Shown piece by piece: positions 10,721-22,062 of a stretch of DNA of 64,000 nucleotides; within the stretch, counting starts at the first letter, position 1, and every line of letters begins with the position of its first letter. This DNA comes from Flectonema sp. DT1601. Its lineage: Eukaryota. Below the pieces are notes generated by a model, which saw only the letters and a program-made list of their open reading frames with translations, had not been told where the DNA came from and made no database searches. Location of the stretch: contig OZ025780.1 in the NCBI GenBank assembly GCA_964019425.1, forward strand, positions 744,001-808,000, written 5' to 3'. Made by a program: the position numbers and the translations under genes.

Positions 10721-11794
10721 ATGAGTCTAATCGTAGATGAATGGGAGTACCTCGCCCAAGGAGGACGACACGTAGTATTTCGTTACCGAGGAGGAGGGAC
10801 GGTATGGAAGAATAAGGTTGTTAGGTTCTTGAAATGTACTGGCAGATCACAAGAAGAAGATATCCAAGAGGTGACAGGTACCATAGAATGGTTAAGAAAA
10901 GACATGGTTCCAATGGTAAAAGACGCTATTGACGTACCGAGGTATATAGCTGTATCCAGAGAAGTGACAATTGAGTTTTCTCGACTCTGTGGATGTAAAT
11001 TAGCCGCGGCAGCTGATTACATGCCTGACTATACCGCTTGTGATATATTAGTGGAAATTAAACCAAAAAAAGGAGTTTTATTTACATCGAATTCTTGGGA
11101 TGATCGAGGTAACTACCTTCCTTCAGGAGATCCACTTAGAAAATTATGCTGCAAACACTGTATGCAGCAATCACTAAAACTTGGTAAGGGAAAGATCAAT
11201 ACGATTTCATCGTTCTGTCCAATGCAGCTTTTTCATGGAGGAATAGAGAATGCTTTTCAAGGAATGTTTGCGGTTCCTCAAAATAGTTTGCTGCTCCGTA
11301 AGAATGGAGTTTTGGTCGATCCAACAACCATCGGGATAGTTGAGCGACACGATATCACATCACAAGCACAAGAAGCTCTTGAACAGTCAGGCATACTAAA
11401 CACTTTATCAGAGATACAGAGAATCATCCCTCTCGATATTGAAACAATCCATCAAGCTAGAAACAGAGGTAGTTTAGAAATAACCTATTCAACATCTGAA
11501 AGGACTACATGTCTCGCTTCTTCCATGAGATTAGGATCATTAAAACCACCCGTTTATGAGGATGAAGACATATCGATGCCTATTAATACTACAACACTCC
11601 CGATGTCTCAGGTACTTGAGAGGTATTTCATAAGTAGATCAGCTCAAGACACTTCGATTATGATTCAGCTACATAGAGGATGTAATTCATCTGTTAAGAT
11701 TGTCGATTTGGACAAAAAACCTCCTCGAAAATACGATCTCTGGGTCGGACAAGATAAAAACTTAGTATCTGTCTTCAGGGCATCACTGCCATAG
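10721..11794 (+). CDS. IPK1: Inositol-pentakisphosphate 2-kinase
   Basis: WEYLAQGG, VEIKPK, CKHCMQQ, FCPMQLF, PQN, SAQDTSIMI and DLDKKP match the IP5 2-kinase boxes; ATG at 10721. Confidence 0.85.
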   Translation: MSLIVDEWEYLAQGGRHVVFRYRGGGTVWKNKVVRFLKCTGRSQEEDIQEVTGTIEWLRKDMVPMVKDAIDVPRYIAVSREVTIEFSRLCGCKLAAAADYMPDYTACDILVEIKPKKGVLFTSNSWDDRGNYLPSGDPLRKLCCKHCMQQSLKLGKGKINTISSFCPMQLFHGGIENAFQGMFAVPQNSLLLRKNGVLVDPTTIGIVERHDITSQAQEALEQSGILNTLSEIQRIIPLDIETIHQARNRGSLEITYSTSERTTCLASSMRLGSLKPPVYEDEDISMPINTTTLPMSQVLERYFISRSAQDTSIMIQLHRGCNSSVKIVDLDKKPPRKYDLWVGQDKNLVSVFRASLP

Positions 11795-12137
11795 TATTTG
11801 TTTTTTTCCCAATTGTAAGTTTTTCAATTGTGGCGTTTTTTTTTTTTTTTTGCAACTTTGCTCTCACCCAAAATTCTATTCTAATATAACCACGTGCGAT
11901 TTTTATTGTGTTGGCTGGTTTTATGTGTGGTAGGGACGGAGACAAGGGCGCTGAGAAATTTGAATAAAACAATTTTTCTTTTAAAATCGGAGGCAAGTAT
12001 CTCTGACAGTCATCCTTATTGTGATAATTTGATTTGAGTGGTTGTTGTCCTCAACTTTTTTGGTTGGAGGAGAGTATCACGTTAAAAAACAGATTCTTAA
12101 AAAAGATCGTATTCGGGGTGAGGAGCAAACGAAATCC

Positions 12138-12174
<37 letters not shown>

Positions 12175-12753
12175 GTTTTGTTTTTTTCGATCAGCGAATC
12201 AACAAATCATTGTAGGGAGGAAACGATCTGTTTGTTGAAGAAAACAGAAAAAAAAAAAAAAATTATTATTATTATTCATTGTTAGTAAGTCAATATGGTT
12301 TTGTTATGTTATTTTATTCTATTGCTGCTGTCACTTTTCAATTATTCTGAAACTTTTTTTTTCAGAAATGAGATTAGATATTCCTAAAATCACTTTTTTT
12401 TTTTTTTTTTTTTTTTTTTTCCAATTTCATTGTTTAGTCTCTATGATGCTATCTGTGGCTACTGTGAAGTAGTTAGTGCGTATGTGTTTTTTTTTGAGTG
12501 GGGGAGTGTGATGAAAATCTTAAAATAAAAAACGTTAGTAGTTAATTCCTTGCCTTTTTTTAATTCACTTTAAGCACAAAAACTGTCGAAATTTTAAAAA
12601 AAAAAAATAAAAAAAAAAGTTTAAACTAGCCTTTTGTTATTGTTGCTGCATAAGACTTTGCTTGCCTCTTTTTTTCTTTTTTTTTTTTTTTTTTTTTTGG
12701 TTTTTTGGTTTTTTCAAAAAAAAAACTTTCCCAAATTGCCAACTCCCAGCAAC

Positions 12754-12846
12754 AACCATTCAGATTAGCCTTGTACTTCGTTGAACGCAGACAAGAAACC
12801 TGTCGCACGCATGACCATAAAAAATATCGAATTTCAATCTGAATAT
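12754..12846. repeat. Dispersed structured element, copy B (lacks the 3' hairpin)
   Basis: AACCATTCAGATTAGCCTTGTACTTCGTTGAACGCAGAC...TCAATCTGAATA, homologous to copies A and C. Confidence 0.75.
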
Positions 12847-12989
12847 GTACAAATAATTTCTTACAAGAACCACGTTAAGTAGGATTGTGGTACGTAGTTA
12901 TGTTAGAAGTTTTCCCCTTTTTTTTATTTTTGTTGACATGTTACTGTTGGTGATTTCTGTTTGCAAACACAAACATTTTTCATCAAGCT

Positions 12990-13310
12990 ATCTGTGTTAC
13001 GTATCTTTTCTGTGATCTGATTAGGTATTAGTTTCAATTCACCTATTCATCGTTCATTGATATTTATATAGGGGGGGACTAGGACAGGCCTGACACCGCA
13101 GTGTCTCCCTTGCTTTCTTCGCTGAAGAGGGGAATGGTCCCAAGAAAGATTTTTTTTTAATTTTAACCACTGAAACCCAACTCAGCCAATTATTTGTTTG
13201 TTGTCCTTACGATTTATTTAGTACCTGATTGTTAATAATGTCATCTGTGTTACGTATCTTTTCTGTGTTATCTCTGATTAAGTGAATTTCAATACACTTA
13301 AGCTTCTACG
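12990..13310. repeat. Direct repeat pair spaced 253 bp apart
   Basis: ATCTGTGTTACGTATCTTTTCTGTG is identical at 12990-13014 and 13243-13267, with degenerate similarity continuing downstream. Confidence 0.8.
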
Positions 13311-13902
13311 TTCTGCGTGCAATTAGATTTTTTTTTTAAATTTTATTTTTTTTGCATTGACAAGTATTAGAACGACAGTAAACCTCTTTAAGCTTTATCT
13401 GAGATTAGGTTCATCCCTACCGCAGTATTGGAGACTCGAAGAGCTACCAGGTTCTGTTGTTTTCGACTGACTAGCAGCAGAACAATTGTGTTTTTTATGA
13501 CTTTTTTTTTTTTTTTTTTTTTTTTTTACTATATTTTTGATTTCAGTGCACTAATGATTTTCGGTTTTGGTGCACGAACAACAAAAACATCAAACTGGTG
13601 TTAAATTACTATTTTTCTGTTTTTTTTGTTTAAAAAAAAAACAGGAATTCTTGTTTTTCTTGTTAATTTGCTGGGAAAGGAGGAAAAGTGAAAAAAAAAA
13701 AAATTAAGAAATAATATCCGTATTGCGTGCATCTCTTTGTAATATTGTTTATCAGAAAAAAAAAAAAATATATCAGAAAACAAACAAACAAACAAACAAA
13801 AAAGGAAAAAAAAGAAATCGATTTGTTTATTTTATTTATTTAGCAGATTTACTGCCAAGGCCACAGATGTGTAGTTCTTCGATATTTCTTTTTTTTATAT
13901 AT

Positions 13903-14413
13903 TTTTTTTATATTACAGCTATCGGATTAAATCTCCTCAACAAAATGTTAAAAAATGAAAGCTTAATCTTCTGTAAAGTTTATTTACATTTGTCCCCCCC
14001 TCACCAGAATGTTAATTTTGTATGAGTCAGTAGTTTAGTATTGTTTTAATGAAGAAGAAGCGTAAGTGTAAAGGACGCGACTGCGAAAAAGCAAAAACGT
14101 TTTGTGTGTGTTCGTAAAGGGTTTTTCTGATTTCCGACTAGCAGCGCCAAGCCCTACGCAAGTGATTCTTTAACTCCATTATACTTCACCCCTCAGGAAT
14201 TACCAAACAAGATCAAAGGCTCAATCATATTTCTTTTTTTATATTACAGCTATCGTATTAAATCTCCTCAACAAAATGTTAAAAAATGAAAGCTTAATCT
14301 TCTGTAAAGTTTATTTACATTTGTCCCCCCCCTCACCAGAATGTTAATTAATTTTGTATGAGTCAGTAGGTTAGTATTCTTTTAATGAAGAAGAAGCGTA
14401 AGTGTAAAGGACG
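13903..14413. repeat. ~175-180 bp near-identical direct duplication (13903-14077 and 14234-14413)
   Basis: Both copies read TATTACAGCTATCG...GAAAGCTTAATCTTCTG...ATGAAGAAGAAGCGTAAGTGTAAAGGACG. Confidence 0.9.
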
Positions 14414-16488
14414 AGGAGATCCAATCCTTCGGAAGCTGCTGCGAATCGCAGCTGCAGGAGCATTGAAGTTGACTACCATAGAAAAGACACTTGAAACGAT
14501 GAATAATAAAAATATGAAAGAAGGAACTAACAGTCCCAAAACACGCTCGGAAAGTGCTTTTAATTTTTATAATATGGGAGTTCAGGAAAAGCCACAAAAA
14601 CCTCATTTGAATCTTAATTGTTCGACGACGACAGCTACGACTGCTAGGAATTCATTTTCTTCAGTTGTAACACCCGCTTCCCGCGTTCCTAAGGGACAGC
14701 GAACATTTGAAAAATCGTTAGATATCCAAGACAGAGCCATGTTATTCAATGATGAGATAGATGCGAGTACTGTCCGACGACCCACAATTCAAAACGACGC
14801 AGATGACATCCTTTGGGCTGTTGACACCCACGGAGATTCACCCACTACCATATTCCTTCCTGATACCACCTTTCGATGGGTACACGATTGCTTTGTAGTT
14901 CTATTCACGTCACTTGACTTAACAATCGCTGGGTATATCCCAGCATTAGACCAGTGGAATATGTTTCCTACAGCGGTAGTGATTTCTATTTTATCGTTGT
15001 CATCAGCCCTTCATGCTTTCACAGTGTATCTGAACTTCAGAACTGCTTACCTTTCTGGTTGGGAACTTGTCGGTGATGATTCTGATGAAATTCCAATTAT
15101 TCAGAGAGCGTATTTACATGGTTGGTTTAAGGTTGACTGCCTCACTCTGCTCCCTCTCGATTTATTGTTGCTTCCTCTTAGTGTGAAGATACATCGAATC
15201 CTGTGGTATGTCAGTTTGTCTAACTTTATGGCTTTTTTTTTAAAAAAAACAAGAAGGAAAAAAAAAAAACAGCGTCATGCGTGTTATCAGGGTATCTAAA
15301 ATCCATCGACTGTTCAGAGTATCTGATCCCCTCAGAGATAGACCTCCGTGGGCATTTATGGTTTTCTTTTTATTCGCGTGGATGATGGCAGTTCATTTTT
15401 TATCGTGTGCTTGGATTTTTCTTCGCAACGAAGGAGATTCTGACAAAACAACTTTCGGAATATACGTCAAAGCCCTTTACTTTATAATAACCACAATGAC
15501 AACTGTTGGGTATGGTGATGTAATACCTCAGGGAACTGAAGAAATGGTTTTCGTTTCTTTTGTAATGGTCGCTGGTGCTGGTTCTTACGGAACAGCACTG
15601 GGCGCTCTTAGTCGGATGTTGACTTCGACTGACGCTCTTACAATCGAGGCATCTGAGAAACGGAAATGTCTTTCTGCTTTTATGAACAAGTACCACATTC
15701 CTCACTCGTTACAACGTGAAGCACATGCACTGTACCCAGCTGTTATTGAGAGAGCAGTTTATGATCCTGAGAAAGTTACGTTAGGATTACCTCCGTGGTT
15801 TACATGTAGAGTTGTTAGCGTGTTAAAACTTCACCTACTTAAGAAAATATCATTCTTGAGTAACCTTTCACCAGATGTACTACTGGCGGTATCTCGTAGA
15901 CTCGACGTTAGAACTGTTGATGCTGGTATTAAGGTTGTTGAATATGATGAAGAAGGTACTGACATGTTTCTAATAAGTCGTGGGGTTTGTAATGTATTCA
16001 TTCCTATTATCATACCAGATGATCCTGGTGTACCAGAGATGAAATGGATCGCTAAACTACGAGAAGGACAAGTCTTTGGAGAGCTTGCCCTACTCGAGAA
16101 ATGTCGACGAACTGCCGGAGTCAGAACTGCTACTGCTTGTGAGCTCTACGTGTTGGCTCAGGAAGCTTTCACTGAACTTACTGTTGAGTATCCTGCGTTG
16201 AAAGACGCATTAGAAGAAGAGAGAGATCGAAGGTTAAAAACCATGAACATCGCACTAAAATCTCTTCCTAATGTCGATGCTGATAATGGAAGTATGCCAT
16301 CACCCACAACACCTTGTCTTAATATCAACGTATTGGACTTACCTGGTGATACTCTGCAATCCACAGCTGTATTACGTCGAGTTAAGTCGTCGTTCTCAAA
16401 TATTAGAACTGATGAGAACCATCGGCTATCTGGAATAGGGTTTCCATCTTACTCTCCAGATGCTAGAGATAATAATCTTAATGTGTAA
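14385..16488 (+). CDS. Cyclic-nucleotide-binding-domain K+ channel (EAG/CNG/HCN superfamily); two exons, intron 15206..15272; start uncertain
   Basis: Splicing joins the two ORFs in frame, giving S4-like HRILCVMRVIRVSKIHR; pore TMTTVGYGD; CNBD with FGELAL...RRTAGVR; YLHGWFKVD typical of the family. Confidence 0.9.
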
Positions 16489-16707
16489 CCTCTCTTGAAG
16501 GTATTTAATGTTGAGGATCAGCTGCAGTGTTTCATTGATACGACTTGGATATATTTATATTATTGTAAATATGGTTCACTCGGTTGGTTTATTTTAGAAT
16601 CGTGAGCTTCGCTGTCGCTGACCAGTTTGGAATTACTTTTTTTTTTATTTATAGTTTTTTTTCTTTCAGTGTGTAAAGACTGAGAATAAAATACCAATAT
16701 AACTCCG

Positions 16708-16803
16708 TCACTTTAGCTACCTTTTGTGATTAAAGTAACTTCTGCCGTTTACCCCACCTGATCTCGCAGCGTTGACATTCAGGGCACTGGGCAGAAGTCA
16801 CAT
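16708..16803 (-). pseudogene. Degenerate LSU (28S) rRNA fragment, domain IV
   Basis: Reverse strand ATGTGACTTCTGCCCAGTGCCCTGAATGTCAA...GGGTAAACGGCAGAAGTTACT...AAGGTAGCTAAA aligns with conserved eukaryotic 28S TTCTGCCCAGTGCTCTGAATGTCAA...GGGTAAACGGCGGGAGTAACT...AAGGTAGCCAAA. Confidence 0.8.
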
Positions 16804-17214
16804 GAATCTCAGCAAATTTTGCCAGCCCGTTTAGTTCCGACACAGCTGTTGTTTGGTATTTTAAGTTTCTCTTTTTTCCCCCTTCTTTTCTTTTTTTTCT
16901 TTATAATCTCCACCACATTCTCAAGGGTTTAATTAAATGTTGGACATGTGTCAGCAGTGGAGTTACCACTGTTATCCTAGGGAAATAGTTTTCTTTTCCG
17001 GTTGATCACAGCCGCTTTTCCCTCCGGCTTTTTCCCGCTTTTCGGTCTGACGCAGTTATGACCAGCCCGAAACCAACCATTATTTGTTTGTTGTCCTACG
17101 AATTTTTGCATTTGATTGGTTTTTTATTACACATCTTCCGTTACGAAATTGTATTTGCGAACATTTTTATACTTGGGAATCTTTTTTTTTTAAAAAAAAA
17201 GGGGGAAAAAAAAA

Positions 17215-17333
17215 AACCATTCAGAATAGCCTTATATTTTCGTTGAATGTGGACAGAATCCAGTCGTACTATGAGACTATAAGAAATAACGGCTTTCAAT
17301 CTGAATAGTTTCCTTCTCCGACTACGTCGGCAA
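17215..17333. repeat. Dispersed structured element, copy C
   Basis: AACCATTCAGA...TCTGAATAGTT inverted ends plus CCGACTACGTCGG hairpin, flanked by A runs. Confidence 0.8.
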
Positions 17334-17642
17334 CAAAAAGAAATGATAGCTTCTAGGATATGCTTTACAGCAATCCTTTTATTACAATAAATAAGGTCGT
17401 GTACTGCTTCAGATCCTTTACAGGTCACGAACGGAAACACGAAACTTGGATATAATATTTTGGAATGTCGGATTTCGTCTTTCTGTAATATTATTTTTAA
17501 TTTGTCAGGATTTGTGTTGCTATGTTTAGTTGTTTTTTTTTTTTTTTTTTTTTTTTGTTGAAAACTATTTTTCTAACACTTTCTCTCTCTCTCTCTCTCT
17601 CTCAGATATTTTTGTATTACTTACTAAAAAAACCTCAAAAAG

Positions 17643-18311
17643 ATGTCTCTCGGAAAGTTGATTACCCACACTGGACTTCCTAACTCAACACCTGTTGAGT
17701 ACTATTTGAAGGTTCGTGGTCTCTGTGATAAGTACCCAATTGTTGCTGTTAACATCTTGGCATCAGACAAGAACCCAAATGGTGAAGTTCGTGGTGAGAT
17801 GACTAAGAAGCTTCCAGGTGGTGCTATTCCAGCTCTGGAATTGGGTGATGGAACTATCATTGAAGAAAGCAATGCTATTATGGAATACTTAGAGTCTGCT
17901 CACCCTGAAGGACGTTTAGAAGGTGATGATGCCAAGACCAGAGCTATCAACAGAATGTGGAATGACAAGTTCGAAAAGATGGTCAGTGAGAATGCTCTTG
18001 ACGCATTCCGTACTGGTCCAGGAAAGGATATTTTCACTAACAGATTCCCATGTTTGGAAGCAGCACACGAAACCTTCACCAAGCGTGTTGAGCACTTTAT
18101 GGCCATCATGGAGAAGGGTATTCCAGCAACAGGATTTCTTGGAGGTAGCAGACCAAACATTGCTGATCTCAGAATGGTTGGATGTTTCGAATTCATGACC
18201 AACGACGCATTCGGTAACGTCATGGGAGACAACTTAACAAAGAACCCGAGCACCGCTGCTCTTTACACAAGACAAAAGGCGTTCATGGCTACGCTCACTG
18301 CTGCTCTCTAG
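17643..18311 (+). CDS. Glutathione S-transferase
   Basis: GST N-domain GAIPALELGDGTIIEESNAIMEYLE and C-domain FLGGSRPNIADL; (CT)n-CAG acceptor at 17581-17605. Confidence 0.88.
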   Translation: MSLGKLITHTGLPNSTPVEYYLKVRGLCDKYPIVAVNILASDKNPNGEVRGEMTKKLPGGAIPALELGDGTIIEESNAIMEYLESAHPEGRLEGDDAKTRAINRMWNDKFEKMVSENALDAFRTGPGKDIFTNRFPCLEAAHETFTKRVEHFMAIMEKGIPATGFLGGSRPNIADLRMVGCFEFMTNDAFGNVMGDNLTKNPSTAALYTRQKAFMATLTAAL

Positions 18312-19373
18312 GTAACTGAAATTTATTTTCCTCTTTTTTTTTTTTTTTTTTTTTTTTTGATTGGTGTTTTTTTTATATATGCCATTAGTGATTTCTGATA
18401 TCCTCTCAGAAGAAAACGGAATTGACCAAAAGGCAGCACCTGGCATTCATTCGGCATACTTTCAGTGTTGCCTTTTTTTTATTTTTTATCTAATCTTTTC
18501 TTACCATAGCTAGTTCCCCTTTCCGAAAGTGAGCCCAACTCACTTAAATTCCCATTATTGAGCTTCTTCTTTTCATACCAAGAATACTAGAACGGTGGAG
18601 GGTAGGGATACCAAAGGATTGCCTGCAGCTGATTAAAGCAGCAGAATTGTTATATTCTTTTTTTTGGTATTTGTATCTTGCCTGGAAAAATGCCAAAGGA
18701 ATTCTTTCTTTTAAAAAGATAATTATTTGGTAAAAACTGTTCACGGCCTGTAGTCTTTTCTTGGAGCAATAAAACAATTTTTATACAAGGAGGAAAAAAA
18801 AAAAAAAAAAGAAAAAAAAAAAACCGTATCTCTCTGATAACAGCGCGACAACGGGAGGGTTTTAAAGCCCTCCCACCACAAGCGTGAAAGCTGTTTGCTG
18901 GAGTTTTGGGATTTCTTCTTTTATTTTATTTTATTATTTTTTTTTCCCCCACTCAATAGGGAGATGTGGTGTTCACTCTTAATGCCCAACAAGCTTTTTT
19001 CTTTTTTCAAAAAAATTCTCCCTTTCGATTATTCTACATTCAAAACCAGTGACTCCTGAGTGGGACAAAAGCTGCGTCTTGTATGAAAGATATAAGTGTA
19101 AGGTGAGTATTACTGGATAAACAAAAATAAAAAAAAAAGGCAGGGGGAGGGGGAGGGGGGGGGGAGAAAATACAACGAAAATATATCTATTGATATAACC
19201 CCCTCTCCCGTTCATCCCCTCTTTTTTTTTCTTTTCTTTTTCTCCCGATATTTTCTTTTCTTTTTATTGTCCGTCCTCAAAAGCATTCAAGCTAAGTCGG
19301 GAGAGAGAAAAAAAAAACTACTAATTATTATTTTATATTTTTTTTTAAATTTTTCCAGAAAATAAAAGTAAAA

Positions 19374-21584
19374 ATGCATTGTTCGATATTTGAACTCTTC
19401 TACAAAGAAACGGATTCCCCTGAAATGAAGCAGCGAAAGAAAATGTTTATTGCTTGCTGTTCAATTGGGGGAATTGTTTGTTTTGGTGCTGCGGGTTCAG
19501 GAGAGACGATGTTTTTTACAATCTCAACGTTAATTGCTGGGTGTTTTGACGTTTTTCTACTAATAAAATGGTACATAACGAAGACTCAAGAAACTTTTGA
19601 GATCATCCTCATAGTGTACAGTTCTCTACTACTAATCATGATTTCTGATGTGGCCAGACTGAGTGAAATGAGAGAACCACTTTGGCCATCAGCAATATTA
19701 ATGATGGACGTTATACTGATGGGTAAACTTCCAGGATATGTAGAAGTTGTTGCATTGGTATCTTTCTGTTTATATTTCATCATTATTGGGATTGAACGAG
19801 TCATCCGTTTTGGACTCTTCGATATAATAAATCCACTTAGAATGAGAGAATTACGAGGCTGCTTTGATCTCACTCCGGAGGAGTTAGCAGCAACACCTTG
19901 CAAGCAACCCATTTACTCAGCTGCGATGTTACAATTATCTTCCTTATCGGTTTTTGTACTAAGCTATTTCGCAACCCGAAGCTTTGCCGTGGGTATGCAA
20001 AGAGAAAAGGCAAAACTTCAAGCGAGTGTCTCACTTGCGGAAACTGTTGTCGCTGCTCTTGTTCGCTTTGATCTCGAAGAAGCCGCAACCTGCATCGGAA
20101 ATGAGGAGCACACTGCTCTCTCTGAAGTCCTCAACAAGTTGCTTCAAAACCTTCATCAGTATCGACCCTACCTGCCAGACTCTCTGTTTGAATTTTCTGA
20201 GGAAAGTTTTCACGTGAGTGTGTCGCCTCCCCAAGATCAAGCGGCGATTCTCTTCACTGACTTGAAGTCTTCGACTGCTATATGGGAAGCCAGTCCTGAT
20301 GCTATGAAACGAGCTTTGAAAATGCACAACAACATCATCAGAAGTTGTCTTGGTGACTACGGAGGTTACGAAGTGAAGACAATTGGAGATGCTTTCATGG
20401 TCGCCTTTGAGGATATGACAAGCGGGTGTTCATTTGCGATGGCTGTGCAGGAGAAGATAATGTCAACGACTTGGCCGACTGAACTAATACTTCCTGATAA
20501 CTTTATTAGCAACGGATGGAATGGTTTAGTGCTGAGAATTGGAATTCATTTTGGAGAAGTCACTACTGAGGTGAGCAAGCTGAGTGGCCGTACAGACTAC
20601 TTCGGCCGAACAGTAAACAGAGCAGCTCGTTTAGAAGGCGCATGCACACCTGGAGGTATTGCTATAGACGTTTCCTTATTAAATGATATACCTGACTTAG
20701 AAGGATGGCATTACAAGATTACGTCAGAAACTCTAAAAGGGATAGACGATCATCCGACTGCAATTGCAATCATAGAAACGAATTCATCAAGAGAAGAACT
20801 CTGCTCTGAAAAACCCATGCGGACAATGTCATCTGTGCCAACAATAAGTGACACCGGGTCTGAGAGCATAGTGGCTACCTTGCCAATGGAAAAAAGAACC
20901 TTCGCAACAGTCTGCAATGTCAGAATTGAAATGACTGAGAAAATATACTCACAGCACTTGGTGAGTATGCATTTGTCAAAAACGATATCCTGTCTGGAAC
21001 GTACTGAGGGTTCAATTATTGCTGTTGTTTCATCATTCATCACTATTGGATGGAATACCGTAAGAGCAACACCAACTCATGTTGAGAACAGTGTTCGATT
21101 CACATCATTAATGTATTCCACCTTCTCATCACCTGGTGAGATATTTATTGGACTCTCATCCAGTCCAGTTCACTGTGGAACTGTTGGAACGAGAGAACAG
21201 AGATTTGTGACTGTTTTTGGAGACTGTGTTGCAACCTGTGGTTTGCTGTGTCAGGCTTGCTATGATATTGGTGCCTTTGCTCTTTGTACAATATCGTCGA
21301 TCAATGAATTTCGTACTCGACCAGTCGATCGGTGGTTGCAAAACAATTCCTCAATTGTTAGCAGTGACTTCCTTATTTATGAGATCCAAGTCGGTGAGTT
21401 ACGATCATGGCTACCAACAATGTTTCGTGAAGAACAAGACGACTGGGGTTGGAGTGAGGAGTACTGGTCTGCCTTCGACAGAAAGGACTGGAGTGAAATT
21501 GACGCCTCTGCTCCTCAAGACAAAGTTCTGAGAGAAGTGTCCAACATGCTGCGAAAGGGAAAATCACTCAGATACAGCGGATAA
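19374..21584 (+). CDS. Multi-TM class III adenylate cyclase, array copy 1 (divergent)
   Basis: About six hydrophobic segments, then FTDLKSST, YEVKTIGDAFM, RIGIHFG, DYFGRTVNRAARLE; second degenerate cyclase domain at the C-terminus. Confidence 0.92.
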   Translation: MHCSIFELFYKETDSPEMKQRKKMFIACCSIGGIVCFGAAGSGETMFFTISTLIAGCFDVFLLIKWYITKTQETFEIILIVYSSLLLIMISDVARLSEMREPLWPSAILMMDVILMGKLPGYVEVVALVSFCLYFIIIGIERVIRFGLFDIINPLRMRELRGCFDLTPEELAATPCKQPIYSAAMLQLSSLSVFVLSYFATRSFAVGMQREKAKLQASVSLAETVVAALVRFDLEEAATCIGNEEHTALSEVLNKLLQNLHQYRPYLPDSLFEFSEESFHVSVSPPQDQAAILFTDLKSSTAIWEASPDAMKRALKMHNNIIRSCLGDYGGYEVKTIGDAFMVAFEDMTSGCSFAMAVQEKIMSTTWPTELILPDNFISNGWNGLVLRIGIHFGEVTTEVSKLSGRTDYFGRTVNRAARLEGACTPGGIAIDVSLLNDIPDLEGWHYKITSETLKGIDDHPTAIAIIETNSSREELCSEKPMRTMSSVPTISDTGSESIVATLPMEKRTFATVCNVRIEMTEKIYSQHLVSMHLSKTISCLERTEGSIIAVVSSFITIGWNTVRATPTHVENSVRFTSLMYSTFSSPGEIFIGLSSSPVHCGTVGTREQRFVTVFGDCVATCGLLCQACYDIGAFALCTISSINEFRTRPVDRWLQNNSSIVSSDFLIYEIQVGELRSWLPTMFREEQDDWGWSEEYWSAFDRKDWSEIDASAPQDKVLREVSNMLRKGKSLRYSG

Positions 21585-21994
21585 TTATTATACTTAATTA
21601 ATAATTGTCCAAATTTTGTATTAAAGCTGTGCCGCTGCAAGCAAACACGGACCAAGGAGTCTTAACACGTGTGCTGCTGTACTGCTCTCAAAAATATTTC
21701 TTTTTTTGTTTTTTTTGCACTAAACTTATCGTTGCGGACTATTTTTGCCTCTCTCTCACCTTTTTTACGTATTAAAATGCTGTCAAGCCAACTGTTTTCT
21801 TTTCTCCCTCTCTTATTATCTTACACTCGTAGTGTGGAATTGTACAATCGTTGGGGCTCTCAAAGAACTTGTTGAGGAACTTATTTCAGGCAGATATTTC
21901 ACTGAAGTACAAAAAAAAAAAAAAAGAAAAAAATTCCAGCTTTTCAGTTGGGGTGGAGTAGAGAGCCTGACGTCAGTTTGTTTGGATGTTTATT

Positions 21995-22062
21995 CTGTAC
22001 ACTGCTTTCCGCTGTACACTGCTTTCCGCTGTACACTGCTTTCCGCTGTACGCTGCTTTCCG
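21995..22062. repeat. Minisatellite, 17 bp x 4
   Basis: Unit CTGTACACTGCTTTCCG repeated four times, one mismatch in the last unit. Confidence 0.9.

Noticed and set aside
16960..17010. Possible second LSU rRNA-like piece (CTGTTATCCTAGGGAAA)
   Set aside because: Too short, and it can be matched to more than one LSU region; not supportable without alignment
21995..22062. CRISPR-like repeat
   Set aside because: Contiguous 17 bp units with no spacers and no cas genes; an ordinary minisatellite
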